Shown in pieces: positions 35,943 to 44,600 of a stretch of DNA of 64,000 nucleotides (position 1 is the stretch's first letter; every line of letters begins with the position of its first letter). The notes under the pieces were generated by a model, which saw nothing but the letters and a program-made list of their open reading frames with translations, was not told the DNA's origin and ran no database searches. Made by a program: the position numbers and the translations under genes. Source of the DNA: a virus (lineage: Duplodnaviria; Caudoviricetes); IMG/VR virus record IMGVR_UViG_2671180029_000001. The stretch is one strand, 5' to 3'.

Positions 35943-36891
35943 TTTTAACCGTCCTTTGCTCTTCGATTAATTCTTTAAAAACATTTGCAGTACCCTGTTT
36001 CTTGTCAGCTAGCCTCGCTTGGGTGTTCGTAACCTGTCGCTTGGTTGCCCATTCGGTACGCAGCTTCTCGGCATCTGCCAGCAGAGTTCCGACCGTATGC
36101 ATTTTCTGAATGTAAAATTGATTGTTGTGATGCACGAAGAACGCTGCTACATGCGGGGATTCATCAATTCCGATACGCTTCACAAATTGCACAATCTGAG
36201 CATTAACGGTGGCATTCCTGACCGGATCTGTGCCATATCGATTGTGGTAAGCAAGGACGTATTGATCCCATGTTTTCCGGCATGCCTCGGCATTCGGGGT
36301 TGATGATTTTTCGGATTTTTTGGTTTTTTCGATCGGTGGTGGGTCGGTTTTATCGACCCCCTCCGGGAAAATAGGTACGGAGGATTCGATAGAATCCGAA
36401 GTGCCGCAATCAGAAATCAGGTTAAGGCAATCAGGATTCAATGAATGGGGATTCAGGAAGAGGGAATCAGCGCGATCACTAGTAGAGTTGATCCGTATCG
36501 CTCCAGTTAAATCATGATTAATCGTGAGTGACGAATAATCAATGAGTTGAAGATGATCGGTATTGTATTCAGGTATCTCGCTAGGTTTTTCTCTTTCGTT
36601 CTTGTGCGGACTCTGGTGTTTGAGGAAATTGGGTATATTGATGAATAATTTTTCAGAGTCAGAGTAGAACCGTATTAATCCAGATTTATCGAGATTAATC
36701 ATGAGTTGTTTGATATCGCAATCATCCCATGGCAAAACCTGAACTTTTATCGTTCTTGGTTTGCATTCTAAATTCCCGTTGTAATCAGCCAGTGTCCATA
36801 ATCCGATGAATAGCAATCTTCCCAAAGGATCATTATCTGCAAGCTGCTCATTTGTAAAAAATGAGGGTTTTATATTCCTTGCGCGAGCCAT
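35929..36891 (-). CDS. Replication initiator (O-like)
   Basis: MARARNIKPSFFTNE...LLFIGLWTLADYNG, NFLKHQSPH; start at 36891. Confidence 0.8.
   Translation of the reverse strand: MARARNIKPSFFTNEQLADNDPLGRLLFIGLWTLADYNGNLECKPRTIKVQVLPWDDCDIKQLMINLDKSGLIRFYSDSEKLFINIPNFLKHQSPHKNEREKPSEIPEYNTDHLQLIDYSSLTINHDLTGAIRINSTSDRADSLFLNPHSLNPDCLNLISDCGTSDSIESSVPIFPEGVDKTDPPPIEKTKKSEKSSTPNAEACRKTWDQYVLAYHNRYGTDPVRNATVNAQIVQFVKRIGIDESPHVAAFFVHHNNQFYIQKMHTVGTLLADAEKLRTEWATKRQVTNTQARLADKKQGTANVFKELIEEQRTVKNATN
36405..36470. repeat. Iteron-like AATCAG/GATTCA repeats (probable origin)
   Basis: About six short repeats inside the initiator gene, with an A/T tract at about 36306-36330. Confidence 0.45.
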
Positions 36892-37071
36892 ATCAATTAA
36901 CCAATAAAAAACCCGTGCATTTGAGCGATCAAACACACGGATATAAAACAAGCGGACATTATTAAAACGCCTGTCAGAAGTTTTGCGCGATTCCGACTAT
37001 GCGATACGGGTCGCACATCGCGCTGCGGTATATCCAAAGAAGAAACTGATGGCCTATGGATATTGTTCATT

Positions 37072-37542
37072 TCATTCGTTGAATGAGTTGTAAAGCTGAG
37101 TTGTTATTTGCATCAGGTGCAAAAGTAACGGTCTCAATTTTTGACGCTCACTTGCATCAAAATGAAAATCTTGTGCGGCATCGCTGCCTTCTTTTAGTAG
37201 CGTGGAAGTGCTGGCAACCAAGGATAGGAAAGTTTTTACCTGACATTTTGGTTCGGTTTGTTCCAGCGACAGATCAACATCAATGGTTGCCTGACCGATT
37301 AAATAGGCCAGTGAAAAAATAGTGGCTTTGGCCTGGCAATGAATAATGATTTCTAAAAGGACAGAAAAGGAAGGAGGTAATGCTTCATGATCCGGATTCA
37401 AATGATTGGCAAGTGTTGTTGGATTCATTCCCAGCACACCTGCCAACGCGGTAATTCCGCCAGGAAATTTCTTTGCATCAGCTTGTAATGACAGAAACAA
37501 TGATCTGTAAATCTGCTTTGTTAATCTCGATGACTGTCTCAT
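37072..37542 (-). CDS. CII-like regulatory protein
   Basis: FPGGITALAGVLGMNPTTLANHLNP HTH; position after cro. Confidence 0.65.
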   Translation of the reverse strand: MRQSSRLTKQIYRSLFLSLQADAKKFPGGITALAGVLGMNPTTLANHLNPDHEALPPSFSVLLEIIIHCQAKATIFSLAYLIGQATIDVDLSLEQTEPKCQVKTFLSLVASTSTLLKEGSDAAQDFHFDASERQKLRPLLLHLMQITTQLYNSFNE

Positions 37543-37612
37543 AAAGCGAAACCTCTTGACCTTTCGTCTAGCTCACCACTTTCAGCATATGGATAATGCG
37601 CAAAATGAATAC

Positions 37613-37861
37613 TCATGCCGCTTTTTCCGAATCAGTTTGTTCTTTCTTGGCAAGCTCCGGCCACCACGTTTGCCAGTCATCCGGCCTTAACTCTTTTCTT
37701 GTTACTAACCCATTGGTAGCAGATTCAATAAGTAATGCCTTAGCTAACGGGACTTGTCTTTTGTTATGTCTCCAATGGCTTACTGAAGGCAATGGAACTC
37801 CAATACGTTTTGCAAAACGGTTGGAATTTTCAATTTCATTTAAATATTGATTTAGGTTCAT
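37613..37861 (-). CDS. cro: Cro/YdaS-like repressor
   Basis: FAKRIGVPLPSVSHWRH...IESATNGLVTRKELRPD. Confidence 0.82.
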   Translation of the reverse strand: MNLNQYLNEIENSNRFAKRIGVPLPSVSHWRHNKRQVPLAKALLIESATNGLVTRKELRPDDWQTWWPELAKKEQTDSEKAA

Positions 37862-37867
37862 GCGGCG

Positions 37868-37914
37868 AATATTAGCACCGTGCTTATAGTAAAGTCAATT
37901 CCGGTGCTAATATT
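37868..37914. promoter_or_regulatory. OR/PR operator-promoter
   Basis: 13-bp inverted repeat AATATTAGCACCG/CGGTGCTAATATT; minus-strand TTGACT-N18-TAATAT. Confidence 0.75.
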
Positions 37915-37945
37915 TTTTTTTATGCTCTTGTTGTTTAATTTGCCT

Positions 37946-38341
37946 ATGAAAACTGTTGAGGAAACTAGGCACGAAAGGCTTCTGATACTCAGGGATGAGT
38001 ATGGAACGGTGGCTGCTTTAGCAAAAAAACTAGAAAAAAGTTATACCCAAGTATCTCAATGGATAAACAGATCTGTCTCAACTAGAAATGGTCAACCTAG
38101 ATCCATTAACTCTGAGTCAGCAAGAGAGATAGAAATAAAAACCAATAAACCTCGCGGCTGGATGGATCAACCAGTTACTCAAAGTCAATGGGAAGAAGAA
38201 TTGAATATGGATCAATATGCTTTGCTCTCAAAATTTGGAGAAAGGCTAAAAAAAATGGGAGACGCCGAATTAAAGGCGACAGATAAAATTATTGATGGCG
38301 CAAATGATGCACTTAGAGCTGGAAAAGGAACGGATAAATAG
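37946..38341 (+). CDS. cI: CI-like repressor without S24 autopeptidase domain
   Basis: HTH (VAALAKKLEKSYTQVSQWIN), AREIE...PRGWMD; 131 aa; divergent from cro. Confidence 0.75.
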   Translation: MKTVEETRHERLLILRDEYGTVAALAKKLEKSYTQVSQWINRSVSTRNGQPRSINSESAREIEIKTNKPRGWMDQPVTQSQWEEELNMDQYALLSKFGERLKKMGDAELKATDKIIDGANDALRAGKGTDK

Positions 38342-38429
38342 TTGGGGAAAGAAAGTTGTTTCTATAAGAACAAGGTGTGCAAAGGAAGATTGCGGGTGCA
38401 GGAAAAGTTTTAGAGGTAAAACTTAATAA

Positions 38430-38705
38430 TTAAGGCTCCTCCTGATTTAATTTATCAGCTTCATCATTTTCTTTCCATCTTAACTTGATGCGCTCTCTTA
38501 GTTCTTGGTGAACTGGTGAATTTATTGAATCAAGGTAGTCGATGATGGTTTTCTTAACAAACCTTTGATAGATATCGTAAGGAAGCCATTTATGTTCTCT
38601 CCATTCAGGATAAACATCAGGATGATCGAATGCTTCGGGTTCGTTTTGATAATTAAGAATTTTAGCTAACACGATTTCAACTTCGTTAAGTTCGTTTTTT
38701 TGCAT
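38430..38705 (-). CDS. Hypothetical protein
   Basis: 91 aa ORF in the immunity region. Confidence 0.45.
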   Translation of the reverse strand: MQKNELNEVEIVLAKILNYQNEPEAFDHPDVYPEWREHKWLPYDIYQRFVKKTIIDYLDSINSPVHQELRERIKLRWKENDEADKLNQEEP

Positions 38706-38726
38706 TTTTTCACTCGGGAGTTGGGT

Positions 38727-38957
38727 ATGGGGAATGTTGAGATATATGCACCGTTAGTTAATGGAAGTGTTTTTCCATATTACGAAAATGGTGAAAGCTG
38801 TAAATATTTAGTTGAAAGAATTTTAGGTGACGATCTACGACCGCCAGCCAGGAGCTTGACTATAAGGATTATAACTACATCAGGAAAAGAAGTGGTAATA
38901 GTTATTCCAAATGATCATTCTGAAGCTACAGTGAGATTGGATGGTGAAAAGATTTAA
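38727..38957 (+). CDS. Hypothetical protein
   Basis: Probable start MGNVE; collinear with cI. Confidence 0.45.
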   Translation: MGNVEIYAPLVNGSVFPYYENGESCKYLVERILGDDLRPPARSLTIRIITTSGKEVVIVIPNDHSEATVRLDGEKI

Positions 38958-38979
38958 TAACAAACAAAAAGGGGAAATA

Positions 38980-39627
38980 ATGAAATCATCAAAGTATTTA
39001 TTGGTTGCTGCATCACTAGCATTCGTAACTGGAACGGCTAGTGCGAATATTATTTTCACATACGAAAGCAATCAACTTTTATCAAAAGACGCTTTGGGAA
39101 ATCCAGGACCGAATTACTCACCTATCAGCATGATATTTGAATTTACTGACGATAGGTCAACTCTGATTAATTGGTCTATATCCCAATCTGATACAGGTAC
39201 TCTTACACAAGCTGATGCGAATCTTCAACAATCAAATGGTTTAAATCATCCTCAGCTTATCAGAATCGATACCGATAGCTCTGGAAACGTCAGTGACTGG
39301 AGCATATCAGTTTTGAAATTGTTGGAAGAAAATACATCAAGCAATGCGCATGCTGTTTATTTTCATTCATACAGCGATTTAACAAGGCCAGGAGTCAATA
39401 GAGATAATGATGTTTTTAGTTTATATAACTTTACGCCCTCTCCAACAGAAAGCGGATACTCAAAGAATCCAGGTGTTTGGACAATATCAAGCTTCCAACC
39501 AGACTTTCACTTTAATGCATCACTAAATTACGAATCCCCCTCCCAGATCCCGGAACCATCAACTTATTTGATGTTGTTGGCCGGGCTTGGTTTATTGGGA
39601 TTTGTGGTAAGAAGAAACGCAGCATGA
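38980..39627 (+). CDS. PEP-CTERM surface protein
   Basis: Signal peptide MKSSKYLLVAASLAFVTGTASA; IPEPSTYLMLLAGLGLLGFVVRR. Confidence 0.88.
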   Translation: MKSSKYLLVAASLAFVTGTASANIIFTYESNQLLSKDALGNPGPNYSPISMIFEFTDDRSTLINWSISQSDTGTLTQADANLQQSNGLNHPQLIRIDTDSSGNVSDWSISVLKLLEENTSSNAHAVYFHSYSDLTRPGVNRDNDVFSLYNFTPSPTESGYSKNPGVWTISSFQPDFHFNASLNYESPSQIPEPSTYLMLLAGLGLLGFVVRRNAA

Positions 39628-39634
39628 TAAAGGA

Positions 39635-39670
39635 AGCGCGTTTCTTAAAATGGGGATCAAGAAACGCGCT
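39635..39670. terminator. 12-bp stem hairpin after the PEP-CTERM gene
   Basis: AGCGCGTTTCTT...AAGAAACGCGCT; no clear U-tract. Confidence 0.4.
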
Positions 39671-39768
39671 AAATGACAACCTCTTGAGGTAGATTGAAGT
39701 GCCAATCACAATATACTCGCTCGATTGTGAATATTTTGTGATAGTTAGGGTTGTGAAAAATTAATACC

Positions 39769-41043
39769 ATGGATAGATCCATAGCGCTCATCGATGTAAA
39801 TAACTTCTATGTAAGTTGCGAGAGGGTTTTTAATCCAAAGCTCGAAGATGTGCCGGTTGTGGTGTTATCCAATAACGATGGCTGCGCCGTCGCCAGAAGC
39901 AATGAAGTAAAGGCACTTGGTGTAAAAATGGGCCAACCGTGGTTTCAGCTGAAAGATCTTGCCAAAAAACATGGAATCATAGCCTACTCATCCAATTACA
40001 CGCTATACGCCGATATGAGCGACCGGGTAATGAGCATACTATCGGAATATAGCCCAAACCAAGAAATCTATTCGATCGATGAATGCTTCTTGGATATTAC
40101 TGGATTCCGGGAGCATACCAATTATGGGCAAAGCATCAGGCAGAGAATCAAACAATGGACTGGATTGCCGGTTTGCGTCGGAATTGGTGGTACCAAGACA
40201 CTTTCTAAACTGGCCAATCATGTTGCAAAGAAAAATGCTAACTTTAACGGTGTCTGCGATCTGAATGCTTTTTCCCCTACCCTGCATGATGAATGGTTGA
40301 GCCGTATTGAAGTTGGTGAAGTCTGGGGTATCGGCAGAAAGCTTGCACCCAAACTGAATAAACACGGAATTAAAACTGCCCTGGATTTGAAAAATTCCAA
40401 TTCAAAACGTCTCAGGGAGGAATTCAGCGTGGTTATGGAAAAAACTATCCGTGAATTGAATGGTGTGCCCTGCATCGAACTGGAAGAAATCTCGCCACCC
40501 AAGAAGCAGATCATCAGCTCAAGATCGTTTGGTATAACGGTAAAAGATCTCAAGAGCTTGGAAGAATCAGTATCCTCTCACATTGCCAAAGCTGCAGAAA
40601 AATTACGCCGGCAACAATCTTATGCCGGGGCCGTGCATGTATTCATCACCACCAGCCGGTTCAATAAGCCAGAAGAGAACTATCACAACACCTATAAGAT
40701 CAAGCTTCCGACGCAATCGGCCGATACTATTTTACTCACCAAAGCGGCGTTGTGGGGGTTGCACAAGATCTATCGAAGCGGATACAAATACAACAAAGCC
40801 GGAGTAATGCTCTCGGATTTTGTAACTAATGAGAATCGCCAGAACGATATGTTCGGTCTCCGATTGGAAGATAACAAGTCAAAGCGGTTAATGAAAGTAA
40901 TGGATCAAATTAACGCTAGAATGGGCAAAGGGACTATTAAGTTAGCTTCCGAAGGCACTGATCAGCATTGGAAGATGAAGCAAGGTAGCAGGAGTCCGGG
41001 GTATACGACTCAGTGGGATGAATTGGTACAGATTAAAGACTAG
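39769..41043 (+). CDS. umuC: Y-family DNA polymerase, UmuC type
   Basis: [28 protein letters not shown]-terminal [11 protein letters not shown]. Confidence 0.93.
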   Translation: MDRSIALIDVNNFYVSCERVFNPKLEDVPVVVLSNNDGCAVARSNEVKALGVKMGQPWFQLKDLAKKHGIIAYSSNYTLYADMSDRVMSILSEYSPNQEIYSIDECFLDITGFREHTNYGQSIRQRIKQWTGLPVCVGIGGTKTLSKLANHVAKKNANFNGVCDLNAFSPTLHDEWLSRIEVGEVWGIGRKLAPKLNKHGIKTALDLKNSNSKRLREEFSVVMEKTIRELNGVPCIELEEISPPKKQIISSRSFGITVKDLKSLEESVSSHIAKAAEKLRRQQSYAGAVHVFITTSRFNKPEENYHNTYKIKLPTQSADTILLTKAALWGLHKIYRSGYKYNKAGVMLSDFVTNENRQNDMFGLRLEDNKSKRLMKVMDQINARMGKGTIKLASEGTDQHWKMKQGSRSPGYTTQWDELVQIKD

Positions 41044-41127
41044 ATTTTGATTCTGTCTAATAATAGATTAAGTTAATTTCCATCGGTTAGATCCTAAGCT
41101 AAATGTAGCTAAATTTATCTAAAACTC

Positions 41128-41421
41128 TTACGCTAATTCAGATTTTTTTACAGCAAAAGCGAATCTGTTTTGTATTAATGTATTTATATGATGAGTAGAA
41201 TTAACTATTTGCAGATATTTTTTTATATCTTCAAAAGTAACTTTTTCTAATAATCGTATAAATGCAGCATTTATAAACGCAGATGGGACAGATTCTATCC
41301 CAGCGAAAGAAACTTCCACTCTCTCGTTATTTGCTATTTCTGGGTAAATTAAATTAAATATTTTTTCTCCATCCTCATAGGTAGATGGCCTCTCAACGTA
41401 TTTTTTAATCACAATTTCCAT
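41128..41421 (-). CDS. STAS-like (DUF4325-type) protein
   Basis: YEDGEKIF...VEVSFAGIESVPSAFINAAF pattern. Confidence 0.7.
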   Translation of the reverse strand: MEIVIKKYVERPSTYEDGEKIFNLIYPEIANNERVEVSFAGIESVPSAFINAAFIRLLEKVTFEDIKKYLQIVNSTHHINTLIQNRFAFAVKKSELA

Positions 41422-42335
41422 TGGAATGGCTCCTGTTTAATATCCTCCACAATTTTGTCAAAATTCTTTGTTTTCAAAATTATACGCACTAATGTACCAG
41501 GATAAAATCCCGGTGAAGGTCTTGGTATAATTTTACTTGTTTCAAAATCTTTTACAGCAGAAATTTCACCAGTTCCCGAAGCAATCAATATTGTTCCATT
41601 GTTTCTTTGAGTAACATATTGGATTAAGTTAGGAAGACCTGCACCACGATTCCTTACATTGGATTTTGTAGTAAATCCTTCTTCGCAAGCCACTTTAATT
41701 GCTTCGTGATCCAATAGCCCTTGCCTTACAGCTCTAACTGAAGCAGGTATTGTTCTTCCAAAATCTGAGATTGCAATTCTTATTTCAGATTTTCCAGGAT
41801 CGTAATGTGTAAATGTACATCCTTTACCGACGCCTGAATGATATTCAATATTATGTAACACCTCTTCAATACAGCTCCTAAGAGGAGCTAGAGTCTCTTC
41901 ATTACTTAACCCTGATTGGGTTGCAATCCAAGGTATTAACTCGAAATACAAATATCCAATATTTTGTTCGGTAGTAACTAGTTGCAATGGCATATTGCAA
42001 TACTTAGTTTCATGCTTTGTTAAAACCTGTCCACCTAAATAAAGTTTAAAAAAACCTACTTCATCTAAAAACCTAATTGATTCATATCCAGTTTCATAAT
42101 TCTCTAATTCGACTTTTACTTTAATTTTTTTGAAATATTCAATCAAATTACTTAAAACTACTACTTCTACTGGAAAAATTTCTTTTATTTCTCGAAAATC
42201 AAAAATTATCTTTGCTGCCTTTTCTTTTTTTTGAATTCTTATTGCATCTTCTATTAATGGATACATACTCACCCGATTAAAACGTACGGGCAATTTTATT
42301 CTTACATCTTTCCAAAAATATGTATGTGGTAACAA
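41409..42335 (-). CDS. HATPase_c (GHKL) ATPase with N-terminal STAS-like region
   Basis: EEVLHNIEYH (N box), ISDFGRTI (G1), RGAGL (G2), YPGTLV (G3); very AT-rich. Confidence 0.75.
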   Translation of the reverse strand: MLPHTYFWKDVRIKLPVRFNRVSMYPLIEDAIRIQKKEKAAKIIFDFREIKEIFPVEVVVLSNLIEYFKKIKVKVELENYETGYESIRFLDEVGFFKLYLGGQVLTKHETKYCNMPLQLVTTEQNIGYLYFELIPWIATQSGLSNEETLAPLRSCIEEVLHNIEYHSGVGKGCTFTHYDPGKSEIRIAISDFGRTIPASVRAVRQGLLDHEAIKVACEEGFTTKSNVRNRGAGLPNLIQYVTQRNNGTILIASGTGEISAVKDFETSKIIPRPSPGFYPGTLVRIILKTKNFDKIVEDIKQEPFQWKL

Positions 42336-42606
42336 TTAAATTTTAATTTTATTCAGATTTTTATTCAGTACGATCGCACACTCAATTTTAAACTAAAAAT
42401 GCTTTTTTTCTTAAATAGAAAACGAGAATATATCCATCCCTATTTAAACTTTTCTAATTTTTCTACTTTCTCATAGCAATTCCAGCTTATCACATCAACT
42501 ACACACTGCACCCTAATTCCGTCGAATTCGACGGAGTTAATCTTTATACCTATTTCGTAGTCGGTTCGTACTGAATTTGTCCTAGGTAATTACTATACCC
42601 ATATTT

Positions 42607-42650
42607 ATTAGCACCGTGCTATTGACTATACGTAAGCACGGTGCTAATAT
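42607..42650 (+). promoter_or_regulatory. OL/PL operator-promoter
   Basis: ATTAGCACCGTGCT...AGCACGGTGCTAAT inverted repeat; TTGACT-N17-TAATAT; same motif as OR. Confidence 0.8.
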
Positions 42651-42713
42651 TCTTACATCAACCACCATAAATCGTAAGCGTAGGTCGGTTGGATAAATTA
42701 AGGAGGGTTTGAG

Positions 42714-42890
42714 ATGAGAGACTTCAAAAGTTACGAGGCACCGGAAGCGGCAAATCTGATGAGAATTCTAGTATGGCTTTTCTTCTTCGGATTTTTGGCA
42801 GCTTTGGCTTGGGCAAGCAATTCGGATTACAGCGCATGCATGGCTGAGGTTAGAAGCATTTATCTGTGTGGCGGAGGAGTAAATAGATAA
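42714..42890 (+). CDS. Small membrane protein, first gene of the PL operon (58 aa)
   Basis: Manual: MRDFKSYEAPEAANLMRILVWLFFFGFLAALAWASNSDYSACMAEVRSIYLCGGGVNR; AAGGAGG RBS. Confidence 0.55.
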   Translation: MRDFKSYEAPEAANLMRILVWLFFFGFLAALAWASNSDYSACMAEVRSIYLCGGGVNR

Positions 42891-43156
42891 TGAAAATAAT
42901 TAATAGCAAAATTTATGCCAAGAAAACCAAGCCAAGATGCCCTTTTTTCTTAGGAAAAAGCGGGCTGTTCTGGACTTTTTCTTCATTAAGTAATTTTATT
43001 TTTATTTACAGAAAAGATCTTTTAGGCAAACCAGCTCTCGTTCAAATAAGAGAAATTGGTTTGTCGGACGAATTCGATGGTGGCGTAACGACTCATCAAA
43101 TGCCTGGGACTTTGGCTTCTGCAGTTGATAACAAGAAGATAAATTGGGAGGAATGA
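42890..43156 (+). CDS. Hypothetical protein
   Basis: Stop/start overlap with the upstream gene. Confidence 0.45.
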   Translation: MKIINSKIYAKKTKPRCPFFLGKSGLFWTFSSLSNFIFIYRKDLLGKPALVQIREIGLSDEFDGGVTTHQMPGTLASAVDNKKINWEE

Positions 43157-43264
43157 ATAGATGAGATTGATAAATTTATTGAATTTCTTTCGCAGATTAG
43201 TGCGTGGTCACTCTGTAAAAAGAGCATGGAAATTACGGTGGATATCGTCGCATGAGGTTTTCAA

Positions 43265-43603
43265 ATGATCAGCGCCAAGAGGAAACCTACTGTTCAGTAC
43301 ACAAAAGAGTGTGGATTAAAGATTGTGACTGTTAACAACATTCAACAAGAAGTAATCAATCTCATCCGGGAATGGGTGTTTAATCGAGACGGTGAACCAT
43401 TCTGCATGAATGATCTTTTCAATGCTCCGGAATTTGCAGGAAAACTGAATAAAAACATCCGAACCATGCTTCTGGTCGATCGCGCTCTTATAACCCTTCA
43501 CTGCACATTCAAACGAGATGAAGAAAACGCGGTGACATTTTCCGAGCTTCTGTACACGCCGCCAAAAATCAAGCGGATACTTCGTGATGAACTTTATTCG
43601 TAA
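43265..43603 (+). CDS. Hypothetical protein
   Basis: Collinear in the early operon. Confidence 0.5.
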   Translation: MISAKRKPTVQYTKECGLKIVTVNNIQQEVINLIREWVFNRDGEPFCMNDLFNAPEFAGKLNKNIRTMLLVDRALITLHCTFKRDEENAVTFSELLYTPPKIKRILRDELYS

Positions 43604-43612
43604 GGTGACTAT

Positions 43613-44590
43613 ATGAACGCAGTTATTCAAGAAATTCCGCTCGATCGGAAAAGGTATATCGGAAGTAGTGACGCGGCGGCAATCCTTGGTGTTTCACCAT
43701 GGAAATCAATATTCCAGCTCTATCAAGAGAAAACTGGTGAGTATCAGGAAGAAATCACGCCGGCCAAGCAAAAGATATTTAACCGCGGAAAACGTTGGGA
43801 ACCCATCGTCATTGAAATGCTGGTTGATGAGCTTGAAGACCGTGGGCATGACGTCAAGATCATGGGCAGAAACAATAGATTTCTTGATCCGGAATATGAT
43901 TTTCTGGCTTCTGAAATCGACCTTGAATTAATTGTAGATGGTGAGTTTGTTAACGGTGAAATGAAAACGGTACACCCATTTGCTGCTAAGGATTGGGGCG
44001 AGGAAGGTACGGACGAAATACCGATCTATTACACCAGCCAGGTATTACACGGGCAAATGGTTACTGGGCGCAGTAAAACAATCGTGGCTGCTCTGATTGG
44101 TGCTGATGACTTGAGGGTTCACTTTGTTAATCGTGACGAAGAAATGATCCAATTATTGCGCGCAAAAGAGATTGAATTTTGGGATCGCTTAATAAATCGC
44201 CAGGCCCCAGATCCAACCACACCGGAAGATATCAAACGCTTGTACCAGATTGATTCCGGCAAAGTTATGGAAGCAGATTCAGAATTGATTCGGTTGTGCT
44301 CTGAACTTTCTTACAAAAAAGCTGATGGTAAATCAATTGAAGCCAGCATAGAAGTTTTAACTACCCGCATCAAAGCTCGTATGGGCGATGCTGCAGTCCT
44401 TCTGCACAACGGTCAGAAACTGGCCACTTGGAAAACTAATAAAGATAGCGTCAAGACTGATTGGAAGGAAGCATTCCATGATCTGGCTGATGCATTTTCT
44501 TATGAGCCAGGATGCGGTGAAGTTGTAAAAGATATATTGGCAGAACACACCTCCACCGAAACCGGCGCCAGGCCATTTTCATTGAAATAA
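43613..44590 (+). CDS. YqaJ-like exonuclease
   Basis: RKRYIGSSDAAAILGVSPWKS, ASEID, GEMKT, QVLHGQ. Confidence 0.88.
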   Translation: MNAVIQEIPLDRKRYIGSSDAAAILGVSPWKSIFQLYQEKTGEYQEEITPAKQKIFNRGKRWEPIVIEMLVDELEDRGHDVKIMGRNNRFLDPEYDFLASEIDLELIVDGEFVNGEMKTVHPFAAKDWGEEGTDEIPIYYTSQVLHGQMVTGRSKTIVAALIGADDLRVHFVNRDEEMIQLLRAKEIEFWDRLINRQAPDPTTPEDIKRLYQIDSGKVMEADSELIRLCSELSYKKADGKSIEASIEVLTTRIKARMGDAAVLLHNGQKLATWKTNKDSVKTDWKEAFHDLADAFSYEPGCGEVVKDILAEHTSTETGARPFSLK

Positions 44591-44600
44591 GGAATTAATC

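Noticed and set aside
39706-39741. CRP/FNR or canonical LexA site upstream of umuC
   Set aside because: Half-sites are in the opposite orientation to TGTGA-N6-TCACA, and no CTGT-N8-ACAG was seen
42518-42535. Perfect 18-bp palindrome TCCGTCGAATTCGACGGA
   Set aside because: Single copy, unlike the operator motif; reads NSVEFDG as in some KilA-N proteins but there is no start or ORF, so no function can be supported
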